Shown one piece after another: positions 22,501-34,904 of a stretch of 64,000 bases of DNA. Both the position numbers and the translations under genes were made by a program. The first letter of the stretch is position 1, and every line of letters starts with the position of its first letter. Source of the stretch: Macrostomum lignano (Eukaryota); assembly GCA_002269645.1 (NCBI GenBank), contig NIVC01001141.1:127711-191710 (forward strand). The letters are read 5' to 3'. Under the pieces are notes generated by a model. It worked only from the letters and a program-made list of their open reading frames with translations. It was not told the origin of the DNA and did not search any database.

Positions 22501-23915
22501 AGGTCTAATACCCCCACAGCACAAGGCAAGTCTAATACCCACAGCACAGGGCAGGTCTATAGCCCCCAGACAGCCGCAGCTCACATGGATTCGGGTGGTC
22601 TCTCAGAATGAGGTAGGACGGCACGAGGAGCAGGGCGGCCAGATTGCCCACCTGCAGACAGGAGAGGGCGGGCGACACCAGCCGGAAATTCTCCGCCAGC
22701 AGCTCGAGGCCGAAGGCGATGAAGATGAAGATGTTGCACATGAGCAGCAGGCAGATGCACGGCCACTGGCCAGGCGAGGACAGGAAGATCTCGATGGGCC
22801 TGACCGGGTCCACCAGGATGCCGTACTTGATTATGTTTTCCAGCGCCACCCGGAAGTTCGACACCACCAGCAGGATGAGGCCCAGGTTCAGCAGGCCGCG
22901 GAAGTTGTTGAAGCCGCTCGAAGAGGAGAACGGGCTGTCAACCAGGCTGTGCAACCTGCGAATGTATGGGGAAAATGCAGAGCATATATCCAATCTGAGC
23001 TATTCTATATCCAATCTGACCTATTCTATATCCAATCTGACCTATTCTATATCCAATCTGACCTATTCTATATCCAATCTGACCGATTCTACATCCAATC
23101 TGACCTATTCTATATCCAATCTGACCGATTCTATATCCAATCTGACCTATTCTATATCCAATCTGACCGATTCTACATCCAATCTGACCTATTCTATATC
23201 CAATCTGACCTATTCTATATCCAATCTGACCTATTCTATATCCAATCTGACCTATTCTATATCCAATCTGACCGATTCTACATCCAATCTGACCTATTCT
23301 ATATCCAATCTGACCTATTCTATATCTAATCTGACCTATTCTATATCCAATCTGACCGATTCTATATCCAATCTGACCTATTCTATATCCAATCTGACCT
23401 ATTCTATATCCAATCTGACCTATTCTATATCCAATCTGACCGATTCTACATCCAATCTGACCTATTCTATATCCAATCTGACCGATTCTATATCCAATCT
23501 GACCTATTCTATATCCAATCTGACCGATTCTATATCCAATCTGACCTATTCTATATCCAATCTGACCGATTTTACATCCAATCTGACCTATTCTATATCC
23601 AATCTGACCTATTCTATATCCAATCTGACCGATTCTACATCCAATCTGATCCATTATGTTTCAATAGACCGAGATAGGTTATATTTATCCCAAATATAAA
23701 TCTGGATGCACCACTCACGGCTTATCGGGCGCCATCTCCTTGATTGCCCGCTCCAGAGTCTCCATGTCCTCCAGGCGGTTCAGGCTGCTGCTGCGCGGCA
23801 GGCGCCGCTTCGACTCGGAGGTCGCCACCGTGGCGCCTTGGTCAGCAAGCGCGGAATCATCTTTGGCGCCACCCTTGGCGCCAATGCCAGCTGATCGCCT
23901 GCGAGCCTCGGACAT
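19504..23915 (-). CDS. DGAT1: Diacylglycerol O-acyltransferase 1 (MBOAT), about 517 aa; exons 23915-23719, 22955-22585, 21622-21243, 20678-20235, 19665-19504
   Basis: Motifs DSPFSSSSGFNNFRG, FLKLWSYRD, PTLCYELNFPR, AIPNHLIWL, FGDRNFYKDWWN, SAFFHE and IIGQP. Exon lengths sum to 1,554 nt with consistent phases. Confidence 0.96.
19678..20215. repeat. DGAT1 intron 4: short 29-bp array plus 14-bp array (GGGACCAGCACACT)
   Basis: Direct periodicity. Confidence 0.9.
20725..21110. repeat. DGAT1 intron 3: 32/34-bp minisatellite
   Basis: Direct periodicity (CTGATCTGAC[AC]TGCATAGCTGTGCCTGACTCAT). Confidence 0.92.
21653..22560. repeat. DGAT1 intron 2: 27-bp minisatellite (CCCCCAGAGCACAAGGCAGGTCTAATA)
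   Basis: Direct periodicity. Confidence 0.95.
22985..23650. repeat. DGAT1 intron 1: 21-bp minisatellite (ATATCCAATCTGACCTATTCT)
   Basis: Direct periodicity. Confidence 0.95.
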
Positions 23916-24024
23916 GGCAGAGTGCTCAGTTACAGAGGCCAGGCCGGCCTGGTCTGGAAGCAGGTTTTAGATAGATTATAATTTTCAATATGCGATGCAA
24001 AACAATCAAAGCGCTATATTTACT

Positions 24025-25005
24025 GGGAGCACGAGAAATGCCTGCGGACGAATTTCCTGCCGAGATTTGCCCGTCGGGATTTGCCCGCCGAGCTTTTCCC
24101 ACAGTGCATTTTGCCCGTGAGCGAATTGCCCACCGAGGTTTGCCCGCAGTGCATTTTTCCTACAGCGCATTTGGCCACGCGCATACATGCGCAACAGTCG
24201 GCCGAGTCGGCCGATCCGGCCGACTGATTTGGTGACCAACCAAGGAAGTCGCAAAAATGCCCACCCGAAAAAATACCTAAGTAGTAGTACTAAGTAGCTG
24301 ACGAGGCATTTTGGGTTAATAAGACAGTCATAGTTACTCCTGCCGTTTACCCAAAGTTGCGTTAATTTTGCTTTAGGCTTTTTTTTACATGTAAGTCGCA
24401 TTTCTGGCCAAAAACTATGTCGCATTTTTGTTAAAACTAAGTCGCACGGCCGACCGAATTTTGGAGGTTGCGCATGTATGGCCACGCGGCAGATTTTGTC
24501 TGCATTGCCTCCCCCAATGCTTAGTAAGTCTTAATAAAGAGATTTACACGATCAAATGTTTTGATGGTAGCTGCATATCAAATGCATATTAAGTTTTATT
24601 ATTAATTTTTATTATTAATAATCTACATATTATTCATTTTTTTGGGGGGAGGGGGCATTGCAGACAGAATCTAGCTGCCAAATGCGCTGCAGGAAAAAAA
24701 GCATTGCGGGCAAATCTCCACGGGCAAAATGCACTGCTGGCAAATCTCGGCGGGCAAAATGCACTGCTGGCAAATCTCGGCGGGCAAAGCTCCACGGGCA
24801 AAATGCACTTCTGGCAAATCTTGGTGGGCAAAGCTCCACAGGCAAAATGCACTGCTGGAAAATCTTGGCGGGCAAATCTCCATGGGCAAAATGCACTGCT
24901 GGCAAATCTTGGCGGGCAAATCTACACGGGCAAAATGCACTGCTGGCAAATCTCGGTGGGCAAAGCTCGGCGGGCAATTCATCTGTGGGCAATTCTCATG
25001 GACCC
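24025..25005. mobile_element. Foldback-type non-autonomous DNA element with long inverted arms made of sub-repeats
   Basis: GGG...CCC termini. The left arm (TTTGCCCGCCGAG units) is the reverse complement of the right arm (GGCGGGCAAA units). Flanks are ATATTTACT/ATATTTACC, a 9-bp TSD with one mismatch. Confidence 0.75.
24182..24480. mobile_element. hAT-type MITE nested in the foldback element
   Basis: Same 14-bp TIRs as 10967-11264; 8-bp TSD GCCACGCG. Confidence 0.9.
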
Positions 25006-27427
25006 ATATTTACCATATGCACTATAGCACATTAAAATTAGAAAAAACTAAGCACGAATTATGCCAGATAAAAAGTATGATCTACTAGTTAAAAAACATT
25101 TTCAAGTGGCATGGTAACAAAGTTCATAGAATTCCTAATGACTTCAGAATTATAAGCCATCTTCATCAGATCCAAATGCATTTGGATTCATTTGGGGGGG
25201 GGGCATTTTCTACACATTTTCTACATATAAAACTGACTATTGCATCTAGTAAGCCATTTGCAACATAGCATTTTCTTTATATGCAAAATTTTCTTTTTTA
25301 GCTTCAAATACTTAATTTTTATCTATTATAGATATAGATATAGCTACTAGCTACATATATAAACTATTAGATGTTGTAGATGTAGAGGTTTTTAGATAGA
25401 ACATAATTTAGAAGTATGGTTATAGGAATATTTATTTTTTATGTTTAGTTCTCATACATAGTAAATATTAAAGCTAAAGCTTATCAATAATTGAATAACT
25501 TTATAACTTTAATAAATTTATAATCCAATAACATTGACTTAAAAGATCATGCAAGCCTACTTGATGCTAACTTAATCTATCAAGTCAAGACTACTAATAC
25601 TAGTAAAAATATTAGTGCTTATAAAAGTCTGTCTAGTAAAAAAGATTTTTTAAAATCTGAAATTTTGATAACATTACTTTATAATGGTAGGCCAAGTTAT
25701 TTAGTTGGCTATTATTTCTTATCTTTTCTAAAGAAAAAAAATTGTCTACTTTCTTTTTCAATATAAGGCAAATGCCAACAAGGTCATCTCCAAAATAAAT
25801 AGGCCCTAGCAACTAAGATAACAACCCACAGTTGCCTAAATTACTTTGCCTTATACTTAACCTACTCAATTACAATTATTATCTTGGAAAATATAAGTTA
25901 GGCCTAACCTTTATTATTTTACTATATAAGAAAAACTATAGACAACATCTAAAGCATACTTTTGAAATTTTCTAAAGCGTGCTGCATTCAAAAGCATGCA
26001 ATGTCTATCTATGCCTCATGCCTAAACTGCCTTTTCCTGCTAGCTACTGCTCCAGAAAATAAATATATGGCAGTTATAATAAACTTAGTTTTTTGTTTTT
26101 ATTTTAGAAAATTTTAATTTTGATTTTGAAGGTTAGCAAATTTCAATATCAACAAAAATTGCTCTTTTCGTCTTTTGGAACATCTCTAATAATTTAAAGT
26201 GCAATAAAATATTTTGCCTCTATTCTGAAGTATTTATGGATACGAATATTATAAATACTAAAATACTATAATAGCAAAATTGTTATTTTTATTTAGTCAA
26301 TGTATACAACATGCACTTACTTGTACTGGGCTTAAGGTTTAAACTTAAATTTAGCCATAAAAATAGCGAAACTGTTATTTCTATAATTCTATAGTCACTG
26401 TACAATGTGCATTAGAAACAAAAGGCCTAACTTTTATGGTCATGAGGAGAAATTTCATTTACATTAATAGTTTTTACATTAAGTAATCTAGCTAAGGTCA
26501 GTGACCAAAACGTTGTGTTGCGAGAAGTGCTACACTGACCTAACCTCAGGTGTGATGAACATAATTTATAAGTATTTGAAATTTAAATGTAGGTTAGGTT
26601 TTGATAAACAGGTTTCAATTCTCTCTCTCGAGTCTCTTTGAGTCTTTTTTACATTTTAAGAAATATTTTAATTTTCAAAATAAAAAGAAGTGTAAAAAAT
26701 GAAAATATTATCTGTTAAAACAAACAACACACGCGTTGTGCCTAAATTTTAAAATTATTACAACGGTTAACTCATTTAAGAAAAATATCTATACTTTAAA
26801 TAATATTTGCTTATCTACACGACTACTTAAAATACACGATAAATAAATGTAACGTGCAGCGCTCACGTTTACGGTTGCATATTTTTCCTCTTAACCATAA
26901 TTTGCATGCAAAGAAGACCTATGTCGCCCTTTTTGTTTTCATCTTGCTAAGCAAAAAGTTACATGATATTTAATTTTTCACATTAAGCATTAATTATTCT
27001 TTCTGACCGCGACTTTTACATGTGACTCTTACATGTACACTGGGATCCATTAGAAATATACGTCGACTGACTATTTTGAAAAGCAAAGTACGCTAATAGT
27101 AAAGAATAGCATCAGACAGAGTGCTTATGCCTGAAATCGAGGTGTCCATAGGGACAAAAAAGCTTTTATTACAAATTTTACAAATTTTACAAATTTTTAT
27201 ACTCCATTTTAATTATGAACATGCACAATTGGTAAAAATTAAGAATACGCTCGTAATTAACTTAAATAACTTAAGAAAAGGAACTCTGAAAGGAGTTAAT
27301 ATAAACAAAAATCAACGAAAAATAAAATCAATTTTATTGTTGATTAATCGTTCCCATTGTCTTAAATTCAAGGTGTCACGCGAACAAACAAGTACTACAT
27401 CTAAATATGACAAAACTCAATATTATT

Positions 27428-27466
27428 TGCGACGCGTTTCGGCTAAAACTAGCCATCTTCAGGCAC
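27428..27466 (-). ncRNA. Minimal type I hammerhead ribozyme of a Penelope-like element
   Basis: Minus strand reads TGC-CTGAAGA-T-GGCTA GTTT TAGCC-GAAA-CGCG-TC-GCA: catalytic boxes, 5-bp stem II, palindromic stem III, GUC cleavage triplet and 3-bp stem I. Confidence 0.8.
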
Positions 27467-27607
27467 TATCGAACAGAATTTATTTCAACTTATTAAATAC
27501 TGTGTAGACGACAAAATCAGGTATTGAAAAGATATAAAAGGACTAAAGGATCAATGTACAGTATAGCAATGTTCATAATATTTTTTTGTGGAATGACAGG
27601 ACAGAGA

Positions 27608-27616
<9 letters not shown>

Positions 27617-27664
<48 letters not shown>
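27617..27664. repeat. (GA)n microsatellite
   Basis: Seen directly. Confidence 0.98.
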
Positions 27665-27669
<5 letters not shown>

Positions 27670-28399
27670 GCGTATGCGCCCCAAATGTACTCTAGCTTAG
27701 AACACCAACAGCCGTTCACTCGCACCTCCTCCAGATAGTTGGACATTGAGAATGGGTTTGTGTAACTTAATGTGCAGAGCTTCAAGAATGTTAAGTTTAT
27801 GCTCATTTTTGCTGTTGTCTATGACCTTGAAATGAGAGGTTATGTCTGGCTCATCACAACAACCATGGCATTGCAGCAAATGTTCCTGAATCGGAGAGTT
27901 TCGTTGTCTATGTTCCTTGGCTCTCGTGAGTAGGTGTCGCTTGGTTTTACCAATGTAGGTAATGCTCTGGTCAACAGAGCAACGAAAACGATAGATGACA
28001 CCTGCCTTGAGAGCACATGGAACACGAGACTTTAAACTGCCAACGAATTGACTGACTTTATGAGTACGGAACACTACATGAATCTTAGTCTTAAAGAATT
28101 TTTGGCAAGTTTTGCGAATTTGCCTCTTAAACACAATCGAAGAGTTGCCCAAAAACGGAAGAGTCAAGATTGGTTCTCCTGGTTCTCTATCTGGCCGTTT
28201 AGGTTTAAGCTTTTTTTCAATTTTTTCATCTAAGAAATTACCAATAACCTTCATGATGTAGTTAATAGGGTATCCATTGGCAGTGAGAATATTGATAATG
28301 TATTAATATATATCAATATTCTCACTGCAGTACATCTCGTAATAACATCTCATAAAAACAGCATGCAGTACATCTCGAAAACACATGGTGGTTTTCGAC

Positions 28400-29420
28400 T
28401 GAGAAAATGAATTGTCTATAGTAAGCTAAGTAAGCAGACAAAACAGATACAGTTACATTGAACTGATAAAGCTACAAGCGTAATTAAGAAATAAAGTGAA
28501 AGAACTGCAGCGAGCAACATTCCCGACATTCCCCCTCGTTGAAGTCCAAAAAACACCAGTCAGTTCGAATAGTGCAGTCACAGTGTTGCAGATGCTCAAG
28601 TGGCTGCTTGCGACCGGGCACTGCGGGAATCGCCGAGGCGGCGTGACTGTCTCGTCAGCGGCGCCCGCTCCTGGACCTTCCTTTGTCACCTCGGTAACCG
28701 GTCCGCTGCTTCGTTTGAGATCTCCGGCGGTGGCACGGGTACTGCCTCCGGCAGCGAGCTCACCAGCAGCTGATCGGTGTACCGTCAGTAGATGGTAGTT
28801 ACGGGTTCAGGTGGATACGACAGTGGACTCCGTTCAACAGGTGCCGACTACTGCTCCATCCGCTGTTCCTGGCGCTAATGCATGCTGTCCATCAGCAGGT
28901 CCAGCCGACTGCGCATCTGGCTGGGTCCGGGGTGACGTAGCGCGGCGTATTACGGTAGGACATCAGCATCTGCAGCAGTGCTGTCGCTGAGTGACCAATC
29001 TTGATCAGGTGTCGTTGACCACTTGGACGGAACTCTCCACCTGGCATTTTTTGGCAGGGTGAAATGGCGCTGAGAGGACGTGGCGGATGAATTGCGCCAG
29101 GCGAACTCGCTGAAATTCGTGGAGGTGAATTGCGACCAGCATCCGATGGATGTTGAGTCTAGCAAAGACCTTGCAGAATCACTCGATGGTGGCGATTGAC
29201 ATCATTCTATGCACCTGCTGAACCTCTGGTCACTTGCTGAAGGCTGATACAGGCCTCGCTGTGTGTTGATAGTCGTGCCATATAGTCGTCCTCGGACAAC
29301 GGCAGCTGCAGGAAGGCGCTTGACGTGTCCAGCTTGGACCACTTGCAGTCGCAACCCAGCTTGGCAAACAGGTATTCGATGCGCATCAAACTCAAACTAC
29401 TGTGGCTGTAAACGGCATAG
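28400..29420 (-). mobile_element. Degenerate Ty3/Gypsy LTR retrotransposon remnant
   Basis: RT fragment RIEYLFAKLG..WSKLDTSSAFLQLPL; frameshifted integrase fragment SQFTS..F..IRHVLSAPFHPA; polypurine tract GAGGGGGAA followed by TGT at 28528, the likely start of the 3' LTR. The LTR end is not located. Confidence 0.8.
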
Positions 29421-30267
29421 GGAACTACCTGATAATTGCTTTGAAGCATTTCAAACAATATTCGACCTAGAATAAATACGACGCAATGTCCTAATGAGAT
29501 CAGTACTACCGTGTTTGGCAACTATGAAATGTGTATTGTGATTCAGCATGCTTCTGTAGGCAGGCAGATCTTGAACCAGAGCCACAATAAAGCTGTGCTG
29601 CTTCACGGAACTCTACTTTTCGACGAGCGGCAGATACTAAATGTGCTGCAAAAAAAGTTTAACGTTCTTTTGGCTATTTTATATTTATCAATGTGAAAAC
29701 TGCAAGTAAGTTGTCGTTCATTCACGATATGTCAGTCTTTTGAAAGTTACGAGTATTTCCAAGCACACCATCGAACAGAGGAGCCCAAAAACTTTTTAGA
29801 CGAGTGAAAGAAGAAGCGAGAAGTAAGGGCGAAAAGGAGCCCTGCTGCTGCCAGCACGCAAACACCTGATGCGGCTTAGGGAGGTTGTCTGCGACACTGA
29901 GGGCTTCATAAACTGGTTTGAGGTATTGGGGGCACAATTTTTAGCTTTTTGGGAAAGGAACTACGCTGAACTGAGTCTCATCAGCTAGTTGAACTCTGTA
30001 CAAATATCCAACAGCCAGCTGTCCTTCGTTCAAATCCTCTTACAAAATATTATACAGCTATAACATTATACATAAGACTTCTACCAGCATCCATTACTTC
30101 CATTTAATACGAAAACATATTCAGAATTATCCGACTCTATCAAAATTGTTTGATTTTGTCTGCTAAATATACTGCTAAGCAATGAATAAAATGACCAAAC
30201 TAGCACATGTAGCTTTGGCGTAACAGATTCTGTCCTATAGTATAACTGACTTTTCTTATGGTATGCT

Positions 30268-30520
30268 CAGTGAGCTCAGCTGTATGACCGAATGGGGTAC
30301 AGCCCCGTGTGAGCTCAGCTGTATGACCAAATGCGGTACAGCCCTGTGTGAGCTCAGCTGTACGATCGAATGGGGTACAGCCCTGTGTGAGCTCAGCTGT
30401 ACGATCGAATGGGGTACAGCCCTGTGTGAGCTCAGCTGTATGACCGAATGCGGTACAGCCCCGTGTGAGCTCAGCTCTATGATCGAATGCGGTACAGCCC
30501 CGTGTGAGCTCAGCTCTATG
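30268..30520. repeat. 39-bp minisatellite
   Basis: GTGAGCTCAGCTGTATGACCGAATGGGGTACAGCCC-type units. Confidence 0.9.
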
Positions 30521-30959
30521 GCCGAATCTCCATTTAGGAAGTACCAGATGACTGCAGACAGTACAGCCCCATGCTGCTCATGGGGGGAGGCTGAAGGCGG
30601 TACAACTTTGTAGATGGTCACACAGTAATTCTCTTAATGTATTTATTGTAAACCCATCTGAAGCTGAATATGAGCATACAGTTAGAACAAAACTAGCAAT
30701 CTTCGCCCCCCGATGGGGGACATCTGGATAGAATCTCTGTTCTCTACACGGATCAAAAACACATCCAAATAAAGCCTTCACAAAGACAATATACAAACTG
30801 CTCAAATGAAGAGCAATGCGAAAAGAAAACATCCCAAGACAGCATGCAAGCATCCCCCCCAGATAGCAAGCACCCCCAGATAGCAAGCACCCCCCCCCCC
30901 CATAGCAAGCATCCACCAGACAATAAGTATCTAGTGCAACAATTTTCTTAGCTTTATGG

Positions 30960-33900
30960 TGGCTTCTTTATGATTGGCATGACGCTTCTTTTTACGTTTG
31001 TAATTGTCTCTTTTATGTTTGGCATGGTGGCTCTTTTATGTTTGACATGGTGGCTCTTTAATGTTTGACATGGTGGCTCTTTTATGTTTTACATGGTGGG
31101 TCTTTAATGTTCGACATGATGGCTCTTTAATGTTTGACATGGAGTCACAAATATGTTTGACCTGGTGGCACTTTACTGTCTGCAATGATGGCTCTTTAAT
31201 GTTTGACATGGAGTCACGTATACGCTTGACATGGTGACTCGTTAGTGTTCGACATGGTGGCTCTTTAACGTTCGATATGGTGGCTCTTTAATGTTCGACA
31301 TGGAGTCACATATATGTTAGACATGGTGGCTCTTTAATGTTCGACATGGAGTCACATATATTTTAGACATGGTGGCTCTTTAATGTTGGACATGGTGGCT
31401 TTTTAATGTTCGACATGGTGACACTTTAATGTCTGAAATGATGGCTCTTTAATGTTTGACATGGAGTCACGTATACGCTTGACATGGTGACTCGTTAATG
31501 TTTGACATGGTGGCTCTTTAACGTTCGACATGGTGGCTCTTTAATGTTAGACATGGTGGCTCTTTAATGTTTTACATGGTGGCTCTTTTATGTTCGACAT
31601 GGTGGCTCTTTAACGTTCGACATGGTGGCTCTTTAATGTTTGACATGGAGTCACATATATGTTGGACATGGTGGCTCTTTAATGTTGGACATGGTGGCTC
31701 TTTAATGTTAGACATGGTGGCTCTTTAAATTTTTTTCATGGTGGCTCTTAAATGTTTGACATGGTGGCTCTTTATTATTTGACATGGTGGCTCTTTAATG
31801 TTTGACATGGTGGTTCTTTAATGTTCGACATGGTGGCTCTTTAATGTTCGACGTGGTGGCTCTTTAATCTTCGACAAAGTGGCTCATTTACGTTTGACAT
31901 GGTGGCTCTTTAATGTTTGACATGGTGGCTCTTTAATGTTTGACATTGTAGCTCTTAAATGTTCGACATGGTGGTTCTTTTACGTTTGACATGGTGGCTC
32001 TTTAATGTTTGACATTGTAGCTCTTAAATGTTCGACATGGTGGTTCTTTTACGTTTGACATGGTGGCTCTTTAATTTTCGACATGTTGACTCTTTTATGT
32101 TTGACATGGTAGCTCTTTAATTTTCGACAAAGTGGCTCTTTAATGTTTGACATGGTGGCTCGTTAATGTTTGACATGGTGGCTCTTTAATGTTTGACATG
32201 GTGGCTCTTTTATGTTTTACATGGTGGGTCTTTAATGTTCGACATGATGGCTCTTTAATGTTTGACATGGAGTCACAAATATGTTTGACCTGGTGGCACT
32301 TTACTGTCTGCAATGATGGCTCTTTAATGTTTGACATGGAGTCACGTATACGCTTGACATGGTGACTCGTTAATGTTTGACATGGTGGCTCTTTAATGTT
32401 TTACATGGTGGCTCTTTTATGTTCAATATGGTGGCTCTTTAACGTTCGACATAGTGGCTCTTTAATGTTCGACTTGGAGTCACATATATGTTAGACATGG
32501 TGGCTCTTTAATGTTGGACATGGTGGCTTTTTAATGTTCGACATGGAGACACTTTAATGTCTGAAATAATGGCTCTTTAATGTTTGACATGGAGTCACGT
32601 ATACGCTTGACATGGTGACTCGTTAATGTTTGACATGGTGGCTCTTTAACGTTCGACATGGTGGCTCTTTAATGTTAGACATGGTGGCTCTTTAATGTTT
32701 TACATGGTGGCTCTTTTATGTTCGACATGGTGGCTCTTAAATGTTTGACATGGTGGCTCTTTATTATTTGACATGGTGGCTCTTTAATGTTTGACATGGT
32801 GGTTCTTTAATGTTCGACATGGTGGCTCTTTAATGTTCGACGTGGTGGCTCTTTAATGTTCGACAAAGTGGCTCCTTTATGTTTGACATGGTGGCTCTTT
32901 AATGTTTGACAAAGTGGCTCTTTAATGTTTGACATGGTGGCTCGTTAATGTTTGACATGGTAGCTCTTTAATGTTCGATGTGGTGGCTGTTTAATGTTCG
33001 ACAGAGTGGCTCTTTAATGTTTGACATGGTGGCTCTTTAATGTTTGACATGGTGGCTCGTTAATGTTTGACATGGTGGCTCTTTAATGTTTGATATGGTG
33101 GCTCTTTTATGTTTGACATGGTGGCTCTTTAATGTTCGACATGATGGCTCTTTAATGTTTGATATGGTGGCTCTTTAATGTTTGACCTGGTGGCACTTTA
33201 CTGTCTGCAATGATGGCTCTTTAATGTTTGACATGGAGTCACGTATACGCTTGACATGGTGACTCGTTAATGTTTGACATGGTGGCTCTTTAATGTTTTA
33301 CACGGTGGCTCTTTTATGTTCAATATGGTGGCTCTTTAACGTTCGACATGGTGGCTCTTTAATGTTCGACTTGGAGTCACATATATGTTAGACATGGTGG
33401 CTCTTTAATGTTGGACATGGTGGCTTTTTAATGTTCGACATGGTGACACTTTAATGTCTGAAATAATGGCTCTTTAATGTTTGACATGGAGTCACGTATA
33501 CGCTTGACATGGTGACTCGTTAATGTTTGACATGGTGGCTCTTTAACGTTAGACATGGTGGCTCTTTAATGTTTTACATGGTGGCTCTTTAATGTTTTAC
33601 ATGGTGGCTCTTAAATGTTTGACATGGTGGCTCTTTAATGTTAGACATGGTGGCTCTTTAATGTTTTACATGGTGGCTCTTTTATGTTCGACATGGTGGC
33701 TCTTAAATGTTTGACATGGTGGCTCTTTATTATTTGACATGGTGGCTCTTTAATGTTTGACATGGTGGTTCTTTAATTTTCGACATGGTGGCTCTTTAAT
33801 GTTCGACGTGGTGGCTCTTTAATGTTCGACAAAGTGGCTCCTTTATGTTTGACATGGTGGCTCTTTAATGTTTGACATGGTGGCTCTTTAATGTTTGACA

Positions 33901-34790
33901 TTGTAGCTCTTAAATGTTCGACATGGTGGTTCTTTTACGTTTGACATGGTGGCTCTTTAATTTTCGACATGTTGGCTCTTTTATGTTTGACATGGTAGCT
34001 CTTTAATTTTCGACAAGGTGGCTCTTTAATGTTTGACATGGTGGCTCGTTAATGTTTGACATGGTAGCTCTTTAATGTTCGATGTGGTGGCTGTTTAATG
34101 TTCGACAGAGTGGCTCTTTAATGTTTGACATGGTGGCTCTTTAATGTTTGACATGGTAGCTCTATAATTTTCGACATGTCGGCTCTTTTATGTTTGACAT
34201 GGTGCCTCTTTAATGTTTGACATGGTAGCTCTTTAATTTTCGACATGTCGGCTCTTTTATGTTTGACATGGTAGCTCTTTAATGTTCGACAAAGTGGTTC
34301 TTTATTGTTAGACATGGTGGCTCTTTTATGTTTGACATGGTGGCTTTTTCACGTTCGACGTGGTGGCTCTTTAAAGTTTGACATGGTGGCTTTTTTATGT
34401 TTGACATGGTAGCTCTTTAATGTTTGACATGGTGGCTCTTTAATGTTCGACATGTCGGTTCTTTTACGTTTGACATGGTGGCTCTTTAATGTTCGACATG
34501 GTGGTTCTTTTACGTTTGACATGGTGGCTCCTTAATGTTCGACATGTCGGTTCTTTTACGTTTGACATGGTGGCTCTTTAATGTTCGACATGGTGGCTCT
34601 TTTATGTTTGACATGGTAGGTCTTTTATATTCGACATGGTGGCTCTTTAATGTTTGACATGGAGTCACAAATATGTTTGACATGGTGGCTTTTTAATGCT
34701 TGACATGGTGGCTCGTTTATGTTTGGCATGGTGGCTCTTTAATGTTCGACATGGTGCCACTGATATGTTTGACATTGTGCTTCTTTTATG
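30960..34790. repeat. About 3.8-kb satellite, 23-bp monomer (ATGTTTGACATGGTGGCTCTTTA), with higher-order structure
   Basis: Monomer periodicity; the variant block GGAGTCACGTATACGC recurs in three pairs about 250 bp apart. Confidence 0.95.
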
Positions 34791-34839
34791 TGTAGCAGTT
34801 TCATGTTTTCAAGGTGTTTTAATAAAAAAATTATTTTGC

Positions 34840-34904
34840 ACTACTAAGATTCGAACCCAGGTCGCTACATTAGCATTCCAGTCTGTTCGCATCTGGGCTA
34901 TCTC
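34840..34904 (-). other. tRNA-derived (SINE-head-like) sequence
   Basis: Minus strand shows A-box-like TAGCCCAGATG and B-box GGTTCGAATC; no intact cloverleaf. Confidence 0.5.

Larger units (their letters stand above)
27428..28270 (-). mobile_element. 5'-truncated Penelope-like retroelement (GIY-YIG endonuclease, ORF 28254-27697, plus 3' region)
   Basis: GVIYRFRC..YIGKTKRHLLTRAKEH and LEALHIK are typical of the PLE GIY-YIG domain; downstream hammerhead. Confidence 0.9.
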
